The notes beneath the pieces were generated by a model, which had not been told where the DNA came from, did not search any database, and saw only the letters and a program-made list of their open reading frames with translations. A stretch of 63,886 bases of DNA, filler included, from Chiloscyllium plagiosum (lineage: Eukaryota), in assembly GCF_004010195.1 (NCBI RefSeq). It is 4 parts of one record of this genome, joined end to end, with 100 filler letters (N's around TTAATTAATTAA, not from the genome) between each part and the next. Parts side by side here need not be neighbours in the genome. Positions count along the whole stretch, not along the records: positions 61,712 to 63,886 come from NC_057715.1; 3 more parts are not named here. One strand, given 5' to 3'. The number at the start of each line of letters is the position of its first letter. Within the stretch, counting starts at the first letter, position 1. The translations under genes and the position numbers were made by a program. Positions 62,689 through 63,886 of this stretch are shown here, piece by piece.

Positions 62689-63632
62689 CCAATCTCTGAT
62701 TGGTTCATACCCTCAGTACTGTGATTGGAGAATATTGATTTCTTGTGTCTGATTGGTTCATGCTCGCAAAACGGTGATTGGAGAAATGAGTGGTTCGTCC
62801 TTTCAACTGGTTGGTATTTTCTGTACTATGATTGGTGAATATGGATCTCTCATCCTGATTGGTCCCTTTCTTCTGCACTGCGATTGGTCGTTCTTCCAGT
62901 CATGTTTTATCCTATTGGCCAAATGCGGTCGGATCCTCGGCAACGATTGGTTAAATCGCCGGGAAGGCTGTCAAACAAAGTCTTTGATTGGTCAGCCGAG
63001 AGATTGATGGTTTTATCCGAAGGCAGTTCCTGTTGGTCAGTTTAGAAACTGAAGGGAATCCAACCCGGTGATAGTGCGTCTGTGATCCATTATGATCGAC
63101 ATAATTAATCCATCTTTGAGATCAGCATCCGGTCAGCATCCGGAGTCCGTGACTGAGTCACTAATCTGAAATACCGCGGGATTGTCTGACGTCAAAGTCA
63201 TTCTGATTGGCGGAGGCGAGAGCCTCTTAAATCTGATTGATCAGTAGGAGGATTCCTCAAGTGATTGGACCGACAAAATATCATCTCCCTCGATGATAGG
63301 CGCAGCTGCTGCACGCTGTAATTGGCCGAGAGCAAGCTTACCTGCGTCCTGCTTGTGATTGGAGAAGACTGAGCGGTCCCTCGTTGTGATTGGTGTAGAC
63401 GCGGCGAAATGTCGTTCTGCTTGGTGTAAGCGGAGCACCGCCGAGTTGTGATTGGTAGATACGCAGCGGCCCCGCGTGGTGATTGGTGGACACACCGCGG
63501 CCCTGAGTTGTAATTGGTGGTCACGCAGCGGCCCCGCCTTGTGATTGGCGAGTTTGGTCGGCAGGGAGAGGGGAAGCGGTTGTCAGGGGTCCTGACCGAG
63601 GGGGGCAGGGAGTGGTAAAGGTAGAGGGTAAG
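62689..63632. promoter_or_regulatory. CpG-rich, CCAAT-box-rich promoter of RP2, probably bidirectional
   Basis: 19 perfect ATTGG on the plus strand between 62699 and 63548, CRE TGACGTCA 63187-63194, AP-1 TGAGTCA 63154-63160, GC-box-like CCCCGCC at ~63532-63538, visibly elevated CpG. Confidence 0.8.
63353..63548. repeat. Degenerate 31-bp tandem array with CCAAT core
   Basis: ATTGG starts at 63358, 63389, (63420 CTTGG), 63451, 63482, 63513, 63544. Confidence 0.88.
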
Positions 63633-63752
63633 ATGGGCTGCCTGTTCTCCCGGAAATCGAAGGAGAAAGACCGAGAGAAGAAAAAGAAAAAGGAGAAGGT
63701 GCCCGATGCTGAGGAGGAGCCGAAGCAATACAGCTGGGACCAGCGGGAGAAG
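63633..63752 (+). CDS. RP2: Protein XRP2 (retinitis pigmentosa 2, ARL3 GAP), coding exon 1
   Basis: MGCLFSRKSKEKDREKKKKKEKVPDAEEEPKQYSWDQREK then GTAAGG donor; MGC acylation motif and PKQYSWDQREK match the RP2 N-terminus. Confidence 0.95.
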
Positions 63753-63886
63753 GTAAGGCCCCGGGATTGGGGCACCGAGGGTCAGGGCTGGGACCGAGGC
63801 CAATGGGTGTAGTCAGAGTGCAGCTGACTGGCCTTCCTTCCAAACCCATCTCACATAGTCCATCCCCAGATTCTCCACAGTAACCC

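Noticed and set aside
63353..63548. CRISPR-like repeat/spacer appearance
   Set aside because: Vertebrate DNA, only a ~10-bp conserved core, spacers related to each other, no cas genes; better explained as a CCAAT-box array.
63198..63849. Long minus-strand ORFs (201, 84, 84, 88 aa)
   Set aside because: GC-rich promoter and antisense of RP2 exon 1; repetitive PIT.R peptides simply mirror the CCAATC repeat.

Overview
Repeat-dense vertebrate genomic DNA. The HE1/V-SINE, CR1, Penelope and L1 content suggests a cartilaginous fish (shark); this is an inference. Two host genes are supported: six spliced 3' coding exons of a CEP57-family gene on the minus strand (48764-60885) and coding exon 1 of RP2 on the plus strand (63633-63752). 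They are arranged head-to-head, but a scaffold gap lies between them. The DNA upstream of RP2 carries 19 same-strand ATTGG (inverted CCAAT) motifs in about 850 bp; six of them plus one variant sit on an exact 31-bp period. The rest is mostly transposable elements: a decayed full-length L1, many CR1/L2 fragments, tRNA-derived V-SINEs, two Gypsy remnants (one showing Gmr1-type integrase-before-RT order), an env-bearing class I endogenous retrovirus, and Penelope-like elements. The Penelope-derived sequences carry at least seven minimal hammerhead-ribozyme cores, intact or mutated, including two ~90-135 bp TSD-flanked mini-elements and a 1.6-kb fold-back. Three 100-bp N-TTAATTAATTAA-N blocks are assembly linkers. 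Repeat boundaries were read by eye and are approximate; homology calls come from recalled family motifs, not database searches.
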